Source of the DNA: Diadema antillarum
Taxonomy: Eukaryota
DNA: 64,000 nt
Direction of reading: 5' to 3'
Assembly (NCBI RefSeq): GCF_040938485.1
Contig: NW_027270966.1
Location: 806,001-870,000 of the forward strand
Positions 39,301 through 48,661 of the stretch are shown here, in pieces. Every line of letters begins with the position of its first letter. Position 1 is the stretch's first letter. Under the pieces are notes generated by a model. It saw nothing but the letters and a program-made list of their open reading frames with translations, did not search any database and was not told the DNA's origin. A program made the position numbers and the translations under genes.

Positions 39301-42300
39301 CATCACCACGTCTGGTACTAGGACACTCGACCAGCATACCCAAGTTGCTTGTCGCCCTGGCTCTTTGCATCTGCACTCTGACAATTTGCATCCACTGCGT
39401 CATCTACAAACGGCAAAAGTAAGTAATCAAACACTGAGTGAAGAGAATAGCGATGACGATAATGATGATGATAATGATGATGATACCATACTATTTTTTA
39501 AATAAACTAGTGATCATAGTCATGTTCCCTGTGTCTGTTGAAATATTTAATGACCTCAACCCGTTGAGGACGAGTCCCGAGTATACTCGGGCAGGTGTCT
39601 ATGAGAAATGCGTGTTGTAGCAAAATCAAACCGTCCTCAACGGGTTAAGATTAAATACATTGATTTCAATGAAAGATGTTAACATCAGTACAATGTAAAA
39701 ATTCGGAAACAGAGCAAACAAAACGTCTCAATTAAAATAACCTGAGTGGGGATGTCTGTTAACAAGTTAAAGGCAAATTAATATTTTGTCTGTATCACCC
39801 GAATTATCATTATGTGTGCTCAGAGATATGAGGTCATATGTGACCGTGCACCTCAAAACGAACATAAAGTCGCACACACTGATTTTGCGTGAGGACTGAA
39901 AATAAGTGAAATGGGTCAACCTAGCCGAACTTGACTTTTTTTTATTTTCTGAAAGAGCGGGTCTTCTTTTACATTATGCTAAAATTTGGTATCATAAAAC
40001 GGGCAGGAAAGTGTGTTTTTTAGAAGTTTATATCGAGCATTTTTCGTAGAATAGTGTGATTAGGTGTTTCTTTAGAATCCCTTTTTCATTTCTGAAAACC
40101 TTGTCCACACTCTTCACTTTCAACTCTAATAACTTTTGAAAGGATAGTGCTACTGCTTGAAAGTTGGCATTAATTATGGACAGAATGTGTTAATGAGGCA
40201 TGCTAAATTTCAGTTTAATCTGATAATCCCTTCATTGTTGTCACTCTGGTGGTTTACTTCCTGTTTTTTGTCCCATTCATCGCACAGCCAGCACGGTTTG
40301 GTAAAAATTAAGCGCTTGAATAGACACTGTACTTCAGAGCCTCTTTTCTCAGTTCACACTTTTCCTGAGTTTGTGCTTTCTTTCCAATATTTAGATAGGT
40401 TAGGAGAGTCCACTTGATTTGAGTTATACATCATTTTAAAGCTTAAAGTCTGCTCTTTCAGAATATGGTCTTAACTAAAAATTCATGTCTGGCGACTTTT
40501 TGTTTGTTTTGAGGTGCAGTGTCACATATAGGACCTTTGAACCTTACTGGTCTGTCAGGCTGTCATTTAGCGTGATACTCTCAGAAACAAAAGTATACCA
40601 TTAGTTCTTCTCCTATGCTGTTCAGTCGTTGACCAGAAAGACCATTTTTTTGTCATGTTAATGGTTTAAACTCTCGTTCACCGCTTCGTTACATCGATTT
40701 CTTTTACGAGATTTCATACGATTCTGTCTTTACATAAATATCTTGGCGGCGCGCTGATAATCTTTAATCTAGGTGAGTATCATTCTTTTCATAACTGTTG
40801 GCTGCCGGAACCGACATCAGTGTGTTTCGTCAATGTGATTGTTTTCATTCGTTTTTCTTGTCTTTTACGTTTGCTCAGGAAATGTCGGAAACTGACTCAC
40901 GGAAGTCCGGCCCCCGAGCGAAACGCTGTCACCGGTCAACTCTCGTCATGCTCCTCGGTGTGTGAGATCGTCATCACCGACCACAGCCGTAACTCGTGGG
41001 CTGTCAACAGGAGCGAGCCCTTCAACGAGCCGGGCACGTCGCGAGGCCTGACGGTCGATCACGGTCCAGGAGCTCATCGACCTCGGTTGTCGACATGTAC
41101 CCTTGGCATCAAGACCTTCAACGCAGACCTGGGTGGGGCCAACGAGTTACGCCCGTCCGGTCGGGCGTGCAGTCTGCCCAGCAGACCGATGCCAAACATC
41201 TACGAATCCATCGACGAGGTCAAAGATGGTTTGACGTCACACCCGTCTAACTTCTTCCTCAACCTGAAGAAGCGGAGCTCGTTTATGAAGCGCGTTGTCG
41301 ACACGATTGAGATTCCCTTCCGAAAGAGCTTCGTCGAGATGAAAGCCAAGGGCTCGGCTCTGCTGACGAAAGAGCGGAGTGCTTCGGACAGCAAAGTGAA
41401 ACCCGAAACCCCAAAACAGTGGAAGAAGACGTTCAGGAAGTCGAACAGTCAACCCGTCGGAATCCGATACGTTCCAGGTGCACAGACACTGTCGAGGGAT
41501 CTGCACACCCCGTTCACCCACGACTCAAGGAATTTGCCGCCAACTTTCCCTGCCCTGCCGCAGAGGCCGCTGTCCAACGTGTTCACGGCAGCTGCCCGGA
41601 GAGGTAGCCTGCGGATGAGCAAGATGAAATCGCGAAGTCACTCGGACATCAGCGAAGCCGCCTCGGATCACAAGCCGACATCCAGGAGGCAGGTATCACC
41701 GTACTCCTGCTCGAAGCTTCCGAACATCTCCTCACACCTTACCGACTCCAGTCGCAGCGTCCACTTCTCAAAATCGACGGCAGAGACGACCCCGAACCAA
41801 TCATTCACCGACGAGCCCAACGAGACTACTTCGTCGTCTCGCATATCGGAGCATTTCTACCAGGATCTCGATCCGCAATACCAGTCCACGGCATCAAATG
41901 TATATCATGTCCTCGACCCTACCACATTCGAGTCGTCATCATCGTCCTCGTCGTCGTCCTCGTCATCGGAGGATGAAGAGATTGTCCAGAAGAGAACCAC
42001 TATAAAGCGGAACACTATTCTCCAGCGTACCGAGAGTGGTTACACTATTGTTTCAAAGAGCAGCGGCAGCTCGGACTTTGAGAACTCAGTCAGCAGCTCG
42101 ATGTCGCTGATACAACCCGTCGATCGGGTGTATTTTAGACTCGAATCAATCGACCAAACCAGCTGCGAAGATATGGATTATGGATTCGGCGTCCGAGACG
42201 GCTTACTCGAGCACGAATTCGAGATGAGCTGTGACCTGCACAACCACGCGACGGACAAATTCTCGAGGCGCGTTAGTGATTTGGAGACGACGTGCACGTT

Positions 42301-42397
42301 GTCGATGTACGAGGAAAGTGGAAGGATTCTTGACGAAACCGACGTCTCGTCGACAATCGACGACCGACCCGACGTCTTAAAGGGTGTTGTGGCTTAA
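7114..42397 (+). CDS. Spliced 9-exon gene: type I membrane protein, signal peptide-MAM-like domain-mucin-like stalk-TM-long Ser/Tyr-motif cytoplasmic tail (844 aa)
   Basis: Exons 7114-7228, 23438-23554, 25481-25645, 26778-26884, 33774-33858, 35528-35752, 37573-37677, 39322-39418, 40879-42397. All introns are GT..AG with phases 1,1,1,0,1,1,1,2 that match. Total 2535 nt = 845 codons with one terminal TAA. The joined translation gives a coherent domain order. Confidence 0.85.
7722..7995. mobile_element. EnSpm/CACTA-like MITE with CCC termini
   Basis: TIR CCCTGC(C/T)GGA, 2-bp TSD TG/TG, interior rich in GTGTGAAA/TTTCACAC motifs. Confidence 0.7.
10508..10680 (+). mobile_element. tRNA-derived SINE (head)
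   Basis: A box TGGCCCAGTGG at 10515-10525 and B box GTTCGAGTCC at 10558-10567 with tRNA-like spacing; no full cloverleaf; 3' limit approximate. Confidence 0.6.
11925..12528 (+). repeat. Two diverged copies of a short retroposon-like 3' tail ending in (AAAC)n
   Basis: GGAAGACCA..GAATAT(A/G)GGCTAT..TTCTCAGAT..GGAAAA..CAAAC at ~11925-11995 and ~12405-12528; (AAAC)n at 12478-12528. Confidence 0.5.
13481..13877. mobile_element. Foldback MITE, TTAA|AGGGATGGTACAG termini (Kolobok-like), copy 1
   Basis: Imperfect palindrome over most of its length; central perfect 14-bp hairpin 13674-13702; right TTAA degenerate. Confidence 0.75.
14868..15134. mobile_element. MITE with 8-bp TSD and tandem TTATTCCGAAGGTTCG subrepeats
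   Basis: TSD TTCTCTTG at 14860-14867 and 15135-15142; termini GGGT..ACCC; subrepeats switch orientation between the two ends. Confidence 0.8.
19668..21945. mobile_element. 2.3-kb element with ~650-bp inverted arms and ~1-kb spacer
   Basis: About 19668-20330 is the reverse complement of about 21280-21945 (compare the mirrored ORFs 19804-19989 and 21624-21812); outer ends uncertain, no TSD identified. Confidence 0.8.
23438..23554 (+). CDS. Exon 2: MAM-like N-terminus (W)RQYCTFNNALQCHPTIVAQSPSGVDQQGWKIYRAPKSK
   Basis: Acceptor tacacag|, donor AAAG|GTAAGA, 117 nt, phase 1-1; C-x-F..C..W pattern typical of the start of a MAM domain. Confidence 0.85.
25223..25390. other. Assembly gap (N run)
   Basis: 168 N. 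Confidence 1.
25481..25645 (+). CDS. Exon 3: MAM-like core (D)YYAGITCTYRCWQSIRIFANMHASSRVATLSFYYYIWETKTKSNDGLLPEIRIR
   Basis: Acceptor gaaccag|, donor AGAG|GTAATC, 165 nt, phase 1-1; LSFYYY resembles the MAM CLxFWY motif. Confidence 0.8.
25867..26244. mobile_element. Foldback MITE copy 2
   Basis: Colinear with 13481-13877; hairpin at 26048-26074; right end slightly truncated. Confidence 0.75.
26778..26884 (+). CDS. Exon 4: MAM-like (G)CQNKELWRSTNQPMSEENGEWVGVVLPIQCADTFS
   Basis: Acceptor tattaag| directly after an in-frame TAA, donor AGT|GTGAGT, 107 nt, phase 1-0; LW...W..V.L pattern of MAM. Confidence 0.85.
27291..27338. repeat. (TG)n microsatellite
   Basis: Direct reading. Confidence 0.95.
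32255..32440. other. Assembly gap (N run)
   Basis: 186 N. Confidence 1.
33774..33858 (+). CDS. Exon 5: MAM-like C-terminus VIFEGIITSGGQVAAVDNIVLSEGRSNT
   Basis: Acceptor gtctttcag|, donor ACGA|GTAAGT, 85 nt, phase 0-1; matches the MAM (V/I)xFEG...(I/V)A(I/V)DxI end motif. Confidence 0.9.
33933..34080. other. Assembly gap (N run)
   Basis: 148 N. Confidence 1.
34357..35043. mobile_element. Sola1-like family A copy 2
   Basis: GTGACCGTGCACCTCAAAAC...GTTTTGAGGTGCACAGTCAC, TSD ATTT/ATTT; opposite orientation to copies 1 and 4. Confidence 0.88.
35117..35384. mobile_element. Diverged relative of the 7722-7995 MITE, opposite orientation
   Basis: Starts CCCTGCTGGAAGAAG, ends TTCCAGCAAGG, shares AAACGCTCGA and TTTCACA(C/T)TGTG motifs; TSD ambiguous. 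Confidence 0.65.
35528..35752 (+). CDS. Exon 6: Pro/Ser/Thr/Arg-rich mucin-like stalk
   Basis: Pyrimidine tract plus cttaag| acceptor, donor ACCA|GTAAGT, 225 nt, phase 1-1, GC-rich; frame of ORF 35569 (ALPQPSIAVVRPTLPSST...SPTTPRTT). Confidence 0.85.
37023..37094. mobile_element. 72-bp piggyBac-like mini-MITE
   Basis: TTAA|CCCGTTCCATA...TATGGAACGAG|TTAA. Confidence 0.65.
37573..37677 (+). CDS. Exon 7: Thr/Pro-rich stalk (I)TATMDGTALPTELILPTDQTLPTVIAEGATGAGR
   Basis: Acceptor gtttacag|, donor AGAG|GTCAGA, 105 nt, phase 1-1. Confidence 0.8.
38200..38862. mobile_element. Sola1-like family B (related TIR, different interior)
   Basis: TIRs GTGACGTGCTTCAACAAAAGGATCCTAAAGTCG / CGACTTTCGGATCCTTTTGTTATAGCGGGTCAC, TSD ATTT/ATTT. 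Confidence 0.8.
39322..39418 (+). CDS. Exon 8: transmembrane exon (G)HSTSIPKLLVALALCICTLTICIHCVIYKRQ(K)
   Basis: Acceptor gtactag|, donor CAAAA|GTAAGT, 97 nt, phase 1-2; ~21-residue hydrophobic run followed by a basic stop-transfer segment. The frame differs from the listed ORF 39230. Confidence 0.85.
39560..39644. mobile_element. 85-bp piggyBac-like mini-MITE
   Basis: Perfect 13-bp TIR CCCGTTGAGGACG, flanks TCAA/TTAA, internal palindrome CCCGAGTATACTCGGG at 39576-39591. Confidence 0.7.
39840..40525. mobile_element. Sola1-like family A copy 3
   Basis: Same TIRs, TSD ATAT/ATAT; very similar to copy 2 and in the same orientation. Confidence 0.88.
40879..42397 (+). CDS. Exon 9 (terminal): ~505-aa Ser-rich cytoplasmic tail ending ...VLKGVVA
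   Basis: Longest ORF in the window (40820-42397), GC3-rich; acceptor tttgctcag| at 40878 gives phase 2, matching exon 8; poly-Ser run near 41930-41968. Confidence 0.92.
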
Positions 42398-44359
42398 AGA
42401 GACCATTATCGTCTTCGGCATTCTGTAGACGGCGATCAATATGTTATGTATGAACGACAGTACGTTACTGACGTGCGTATGAAGTGCAAATGTGAAATTT
42501 TGCATCAGCACGAACAGCGGAACCTTGATTTGTTGTACCAGGGAGATGTACCTTTCAAGTATGCATAATATTGCCCCCAGGGTATTAATGTATAAAGTTT
42601 GTGTCTTGGTTGCTATTTAAGCACATAGCTGTCTCTTTGTGACTTTGCTCTGATGAGATGTGGCCGTCACTTGGTGCTAATAATCATGCATACCATGTGA
42701 TTAATCAGAGAAAACATTGTTGTGCATACAGACAAGCATGACAATAATTTGGTAGCGGAGAGATCGAATGTTCCATGACTATGAGGAAGAAGCTGCGGTG
42801 TATGAAAGCTGCTTCGCACGTAAATGGAAGGAACGCCCTCTTTCGGCGAATTGCTGCGTGTTGCATTGAAGCTCATGGTGACAAAATCATAGAGTCGTGT
42901 ATGCCTATTCAAACTTGGAAAAAACAATTTTGAGAGAAATTCGTGAGGATTGCCGTTTAGCAACACATCGCTTCGCTTCCCTCATAGTTAAAGTGAATGA
43001 AATTCTTTAAATCTGTCATCAGTAGCTAGAATATGCAAACATTATCAATTTATTGAGATCTTAGGGTTCTCAACACTTTTCCTTTTTGGTAAGTAACTGT
43101 AACAGTTGCCTACAGTCTGTTAATTCCACCGATTACGAAAAGATGCAAGACGTCCACGAGCTAATGAAGGCTTTACCCTATTTTCATTTGAAATTTTCAT
43201 TGAAATAACATGTGAAAAGATTTTGTCTGAAATCAGTTGCACATTTGGGTGACGAAACTTTATTTCTATAGCCCTTTCTTCGACATACCTCTCCATCACC
43301 TGACTGATGAAAGATGTTAGTGTGAAAGTGATAATGATGCATAATACTTATTGATTCGTCTATTTCTCATTCGCATAGAAGTCGTACCGGGTGTTCATAA
43401 AATCAATGCGAAAAATAAGGTCAGTGTTTTTTTTTCTCTCCTATGTTCGTCCAATACTGTGAGGTCAGTAATAGGGCACTTTATGATATCAATGATTGTC
43501 TCCATAGCAATAAGAAGAAAAAAAGAAAGAAAGAAACATTCAACAAACTTCTTCACACATGTGTATGACCATAAATGTCAACTACGAAGAAACTGCTGAT
43601 TCCAGTGGTGACTCTATAGGCGTATTGATTGTAAATAACACGCGATTTATCATCAACATCAGATGAACTGTTTAAGCGATGCAGGCTGATGGTGGTCTGA
43701 ATAAATTTTCATTGCGCGTAGCGGAAAACGGGCCAATTGAAGAGTTTTTATGAAAGGAAAATCCCAGATATCCATTGTTATCAATCTGAGATGTTTGAAA
43801 TTGAATCTGCTGAAAACAGAAACCAAAAAGAGTCAAAATATTATATGTAATGATGTTGATATCTTCAAAAATCGTTTCTTGCTATGTGGTGCAGTATCAT
43901 TACAAAGCTTATATTTTACTCAAATGTTTTAAAATGACCTTACTTGAAAACACCAACAACAACACAAGCATGACGATGGTTTTATTCGCTTTTGCATTCA
44001 AACTCTACTTGGAGAGAACAGTACAATCAAGACCTAAATCGTGGGTCCCCTGGAATGCATAGTTTGCGCGCTAATCAAATTCGCATAGTTTGACGTTTGT
44101 CAGCATTTTTTGTTGTAAGAAACCTTGATACGAGGACCCTCGGTATTGTGGCAATATTATAATATAAACAGAACATTGATGCCAAAATATAAAGAAATTT
44201 TGACTAGTTCTCTAAGACATATAATTGGTGCTGGACGTTCGTAAAGACTCGCGATAAAAATGTCAATTAAATCCATGAAATTCTTCCGTCGAGATGTTTT
44301 CATTGCAACCGATTTATGACTTGCCCTAGATCGACGTAAATATCGTCTGTTATTAAAAT

Positions 44360-44420
44360 GACGCCTGTCCGGAGATTAGGAGGTCGTAGGTTCGAATCCT
44401 GCTCGAGTATGTACGCCCAT
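44360..44420 (+). mobile_element. tRNA-derived SINE fragment
   Basis: Perfect B box GGTTCGAATCC at 44389-44399 in GGAGGTCGTAGGTTCGAATCCT; A box not recognisable. Confidence 0.45.
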
Positions 44421-45968
44421 GATTTTCTTATCGTGGCTACTACTAAAACACTGATCTATTCAGTGCTTATTTACGTCGATGATGGGCAATTTGTCAGTCA
44501 TTTGCAATGCCAATATGATTGTATTCCCTGATAAAATTATTTGTGTATATAAAGAGGAAATAATATTATGAAGATGACAAATATTATATTGTTCAAATAT
44601 ATACGATTAATGTTTCTAAAGTGAAGGTACAACTTGTCAGAGGCAAGAAAAAGTTGATGTCATGATATTTATTTTACAGCCGATGGCTTTATACCATGCT
44701 GACATTCCTAGCATTATGTCTATTCTTTCTTTTTCCTTAATTACAGCTAATTACCATAATTGATACAGTGTTCAGTGAACACAATTCATATTTAGATGTA
44801 TTTATTGATTATTCTGTAATTTATCTAGTCGATTCACACATTACGTATCATCGACGCATGACGAAGCCGAACTTCTCTGATGTTCAGTCATATCTCAATA
44901 GTGCATTTACTGATTAGCTATTAAGTATGTATCGGTTGAAACGTTTACTATTGGAATGTCGCCCCCTAGTGACTGGGTTTGCAGAGTCGACGCACGAAGG
45001 AGGCCATTCTGTGTAGCTCTGATAGGGTACTTTACAGTATAATACACATCATTAGATGCACGCATGCTACATTCATGTATGACCTTAATGTATCTTAAGT
45101 ACTTTAAGCCATTCTATAGATGTTTGAATATATCCGACACCTTACCAGTCTATAGCTTTTCCTGATTATGTACATTTCCCTTCGTAGACCATGAAATGAC
45201 ATACAGGTTTTACGTATTTATATAAATTTGCCAAGGGGAAGCTTAGCACAACGTGATAACGTATCACCAAATGAATAATAACGTCTTTCACGTCAAAGGT
45301 TTTATTATTTCATTATGGGTTCGACAAAAAATAAAACAAAAATGAAGCGGACATAAATAACTTCATCGTGCAATCTTTGTTTTGTACTGTCCGAAGAAAA
45401 GTTGTTTTGAAATCACTACGTACAGTTTTCAGCATTCAGTTTTGTTTGTGGGTAGTGAGTAGAAAAACGTAGGGCCTATATGAATAACATAGAATGGCCT
45501 ATCAGAGGCATGAACGGGTTCAGAATGCTATTGGATGCAGTTTTACTGGAGCACGCAATCGCCTTTATGTAGTCACAATCATTATCGTGTGAGTTTGGGT
45601 TATTGACCTTTTATCCAATTAACGAAAGACCTTGATAAACGAGCGAACGCTTCGATAAATCTCAAGTTTGATCACACTCGGTGGGCCGTGTGAGGTTTAT
45701 TGGGTGTCATAATCAACTGTGTGCACGCCCTCGCGACACCGCCTCTGACTCAGATCTCCCGGGGAAACGCTCGGCGAGCTAAAATTGGGCAAAGATCAGA
45801 AAACGGCGGGTCACGGGCGGGTGAAGTTCCTGGTCCAGCGAAGAAAAGAAGGGGGAGACGACGAAGAAGACGAAAGGGTGAGGAAGAAGACGACGAAGAA
45901 GAAGAGGACAAATACGAAGAAGGAAAAGAAGATTGGCAGTACCATGTCACGGGGCGCTGTCACGCCTG

Positions 45969-46128
45969 GGTCCCATTTCAGAAAAGATGTTAGGATAGCA
46001 ACTCTTGCTGGAATGGCAACTTCCAATAGCAACAACCAATAATGAAGCTGAATTCTTGTCATTACTATGACAATAATTGCCATTCCAGGAAGAGTTGCTA
46101 TCATATTAACTTTTTATGAAATGGGGCC
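45969..46128. mobile_element. PIF/Harbinger-like MITE (160 bp)
   Basis: ~50-bp TIRs GG(T/C)CCCATTTCA..., 3-bp TSD CTG/CTG. Confidence 0.75.
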
Positions 46129-46149
46129 CTGGACTTGTCGAAGACAATC

Positions 46150-46900
46150 CTCGCCTTGGGGATTCTTTGATAGCGTGCTGCGAGATCTCCTTTTGTTTTG
46201 CCATAGATTTATCTTTTTACTGCATCGTATTTTTCTAAGGCACGGGCATATGGCGTCATCTCAGAGTGATTGCTGGCAGTGTTGTTGCTTATTCAGGCGA
46301 GAAATCTGTGCCATTATCGGTTGCTGTGCGTCAAAGCTGACGAATAAGTATCGTCAAGGTTGTCCGATCTTTGTTTTCTCTTATTTCTTTCTGCTTTAAG
46401 GACTCAAGTGCGGATAGGGGGAAGAGGGTGGACTGAAACTCCTGTGTTGCGGTTCTTGTGAACTCTTGCTTTAGGGTATTGTCGAAACTTTTGTATTTAA
46501 AATCGTCCCTGATGAGGTTTACTTAATAAAAATTTTAGTCGTCGCGAATAAGGAGATGAGATTGATCGTCTTCATCTCGGGTGTCTTCACCTACACCCGT
46601 CCAGTGATGTTGGGCACGTCTTTTGGCCGTAACGTTGAGGTCAGTCAGGTTTTCTTGGATGCACTGTGGAGCTGTAGCTCCATGGATGCATCAACGCTGC
46701 AGGACACCGAGTCCCTGCAGCGTCCGGATCTGATGATTATTATGGTCCTATTTGCCGTGGATACCATCCCGAGGCAGGAGTGGCGCAGTTCCTCTGGAGA
46801 GTCTAGCATCAACCAAGAACTTCCAGGTACCCACTGTCCACTAGGGCCAAGAGGGACAAGAGGAATAATACATGTTGTCCAGGGGGAACAAACCACACGA
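46150..46900 (-). pseudogene. Decayed coding relic, probably retroelement-derived
   Basis: One minus-strand frame stays largely open for >200 codons with scattered stops; no diagnostic motif securely recognised. Confidence 0.3.
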
Positions 46901-47390
46901 AGTAATCAGTCTCACTTAAAACTCTAACCCTCCCATGTAAATTATTACAGTTTAAAACACAGGATGCCAAAGCACTAAATTATGAACATCAACGAGAACA
47001 CTAGAGTCTCAAGCAACATGGGGAATGCGAGGAACAGACATCATTTCTCTTGCTTCTTCTTGTTTTTTGTTTTTTGTTTTGTTTTTGTAAGACGACTTTC
47101 AATAGTCGTGCAATGTTTCACAAGTCGTCGTCGCCTTGGCGTCTCTGTGTAATCCACCTAGCATAATGTTAAGCCCAACCGCAGGTAAACTCATGCATGT
47201 GCATGGTGCAAGCATTGTAGTTATTTCTATTTCTGACAATATGATGCATTCGTGTTCGGGTGAGATGAACCCAGATATTTCGAGGTCGCGTTCTGACGTG
47301 CCTTACCAAAGCGCCATTTGCAACACTGCAGTACGGCTTACCTGGGCCTTTGACCTGTCACAAAACTCCCGAGTCCGACATCAAAAGGGT

Positions 47391-47558
47391 NNNNNNNNNN
47401 NNNNNNNNNNNNNNNNNNNNNNNNNNNNNNNNNNNNNNNNNNNNNNNNNNNNNNNNNNNNNNNNNNNNNNNNNNNNNNNNNNNNNNNNNNNNNNNNNNNN
47501 NNNNNNNNNNNNNNNNNNNNNNNNNNNNNNNNNNNNNNNNNNNNNNNNNNNNNNNNNN
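47391..47558. other. Assembly gap (N run)
   Basis: 168 N. Confidence 1.
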
Positions 47559-48661
47559 CTGTGCGAGTTATGATAGAAGGGTTACTATGAAACCCGTGTA
47601 TATAGCTCCCGTGTCAGGATTAATCATCGTCTATTACACGCCCATGTCATGGCTGGCTGGTGCTGTTTCACCCCCTAAAAAACCACGACCCGTCTATGTA
47701 TCGATACGACTTAAAGGTACAGTCATCGTACCGACCAACGCAAATGGATATAGGCCCAGTGTGCAGACCGAGATGAAAGAGAACACATGATATTCATCCA
47801 CCGTCATTCTTTCCCAAGCAAAACTATCAACATACAGGTCGCACTTTGTTAACGTAGAATCCGACCGTAATAGATAACCATGACTTTCCTATAACCTATG
47901 TAAGTCTCAAAATAATCTCAATTCTGATGACTAGGCTGCATAACGAATACGTGAAAAAGTACCACACTCCCACTTACAAAAAAAAAAAAACCCAGAACAA
48001 AAACAAAACATATAAGCCGTTGCAATCAAACATCTTAGAACAATGCCACCCTATGCGTTATCTTGATAATTTACCGAAATCAAAATGGAAATACTATTAA
48101 CTAGTAAATATGAAATAGTCAATGAATTCTTAAAAGAAAAAAAAATGTATTTTCAACCCTAGCTATTCCATAGCTTCAGAAAGTATTGTATACGCAATGT
48201 CAGAAATATAGGCTGTTAGCATGCACATCCCTACTTTTCTTTTTAATTATGTAAATGGAGTCTTTGACATAATACTTTCGACCGCTGGATACAGCCTAGA
48301 CAATATACACTATCTCCACTTCTCTGTGAGATAGCTGCATGTGGTATGGTTGGGTGTTCATAATACCGGCCACCTAACGTTTTTCTATCAATAGAAACGT
48401 GAAAAATCTCACAATTTGCCTGAAATTTTACTCACGTGTGGAGTAAATACTCCGGATTCACAAGCGCGCACTGAAAATGCAATCTTTGGTACGCGCTCTA
48501 GATGGCGGCTTCAAACGCTTGGGGTGTCATTTTTTCCGCACTCAGTTGCCCTGTTCATTTCAACCGACCACCCTGACAATGCGTATAAAGGGCACTTAAA
48601 TGCGTTTTTTTCGACAGGCCGCTGTTTTTTTCTAGCCGTCATTTTTTCCCCAATAATATTT

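Noticed and set aside
39230-39505. Listed 91-aa ORF over exon 8
   Set aside because: Wrong frame. The TM-encoding frame is the only one matching both flanking intron phases.
40820-40878. N-terminal part of the 525-aa ORF as a standalone single-exon gene
   Set aside because: It starts at GTG within a pyrimidine-rich intron end; the acceptor at 40878 fits exon 8 in phase.
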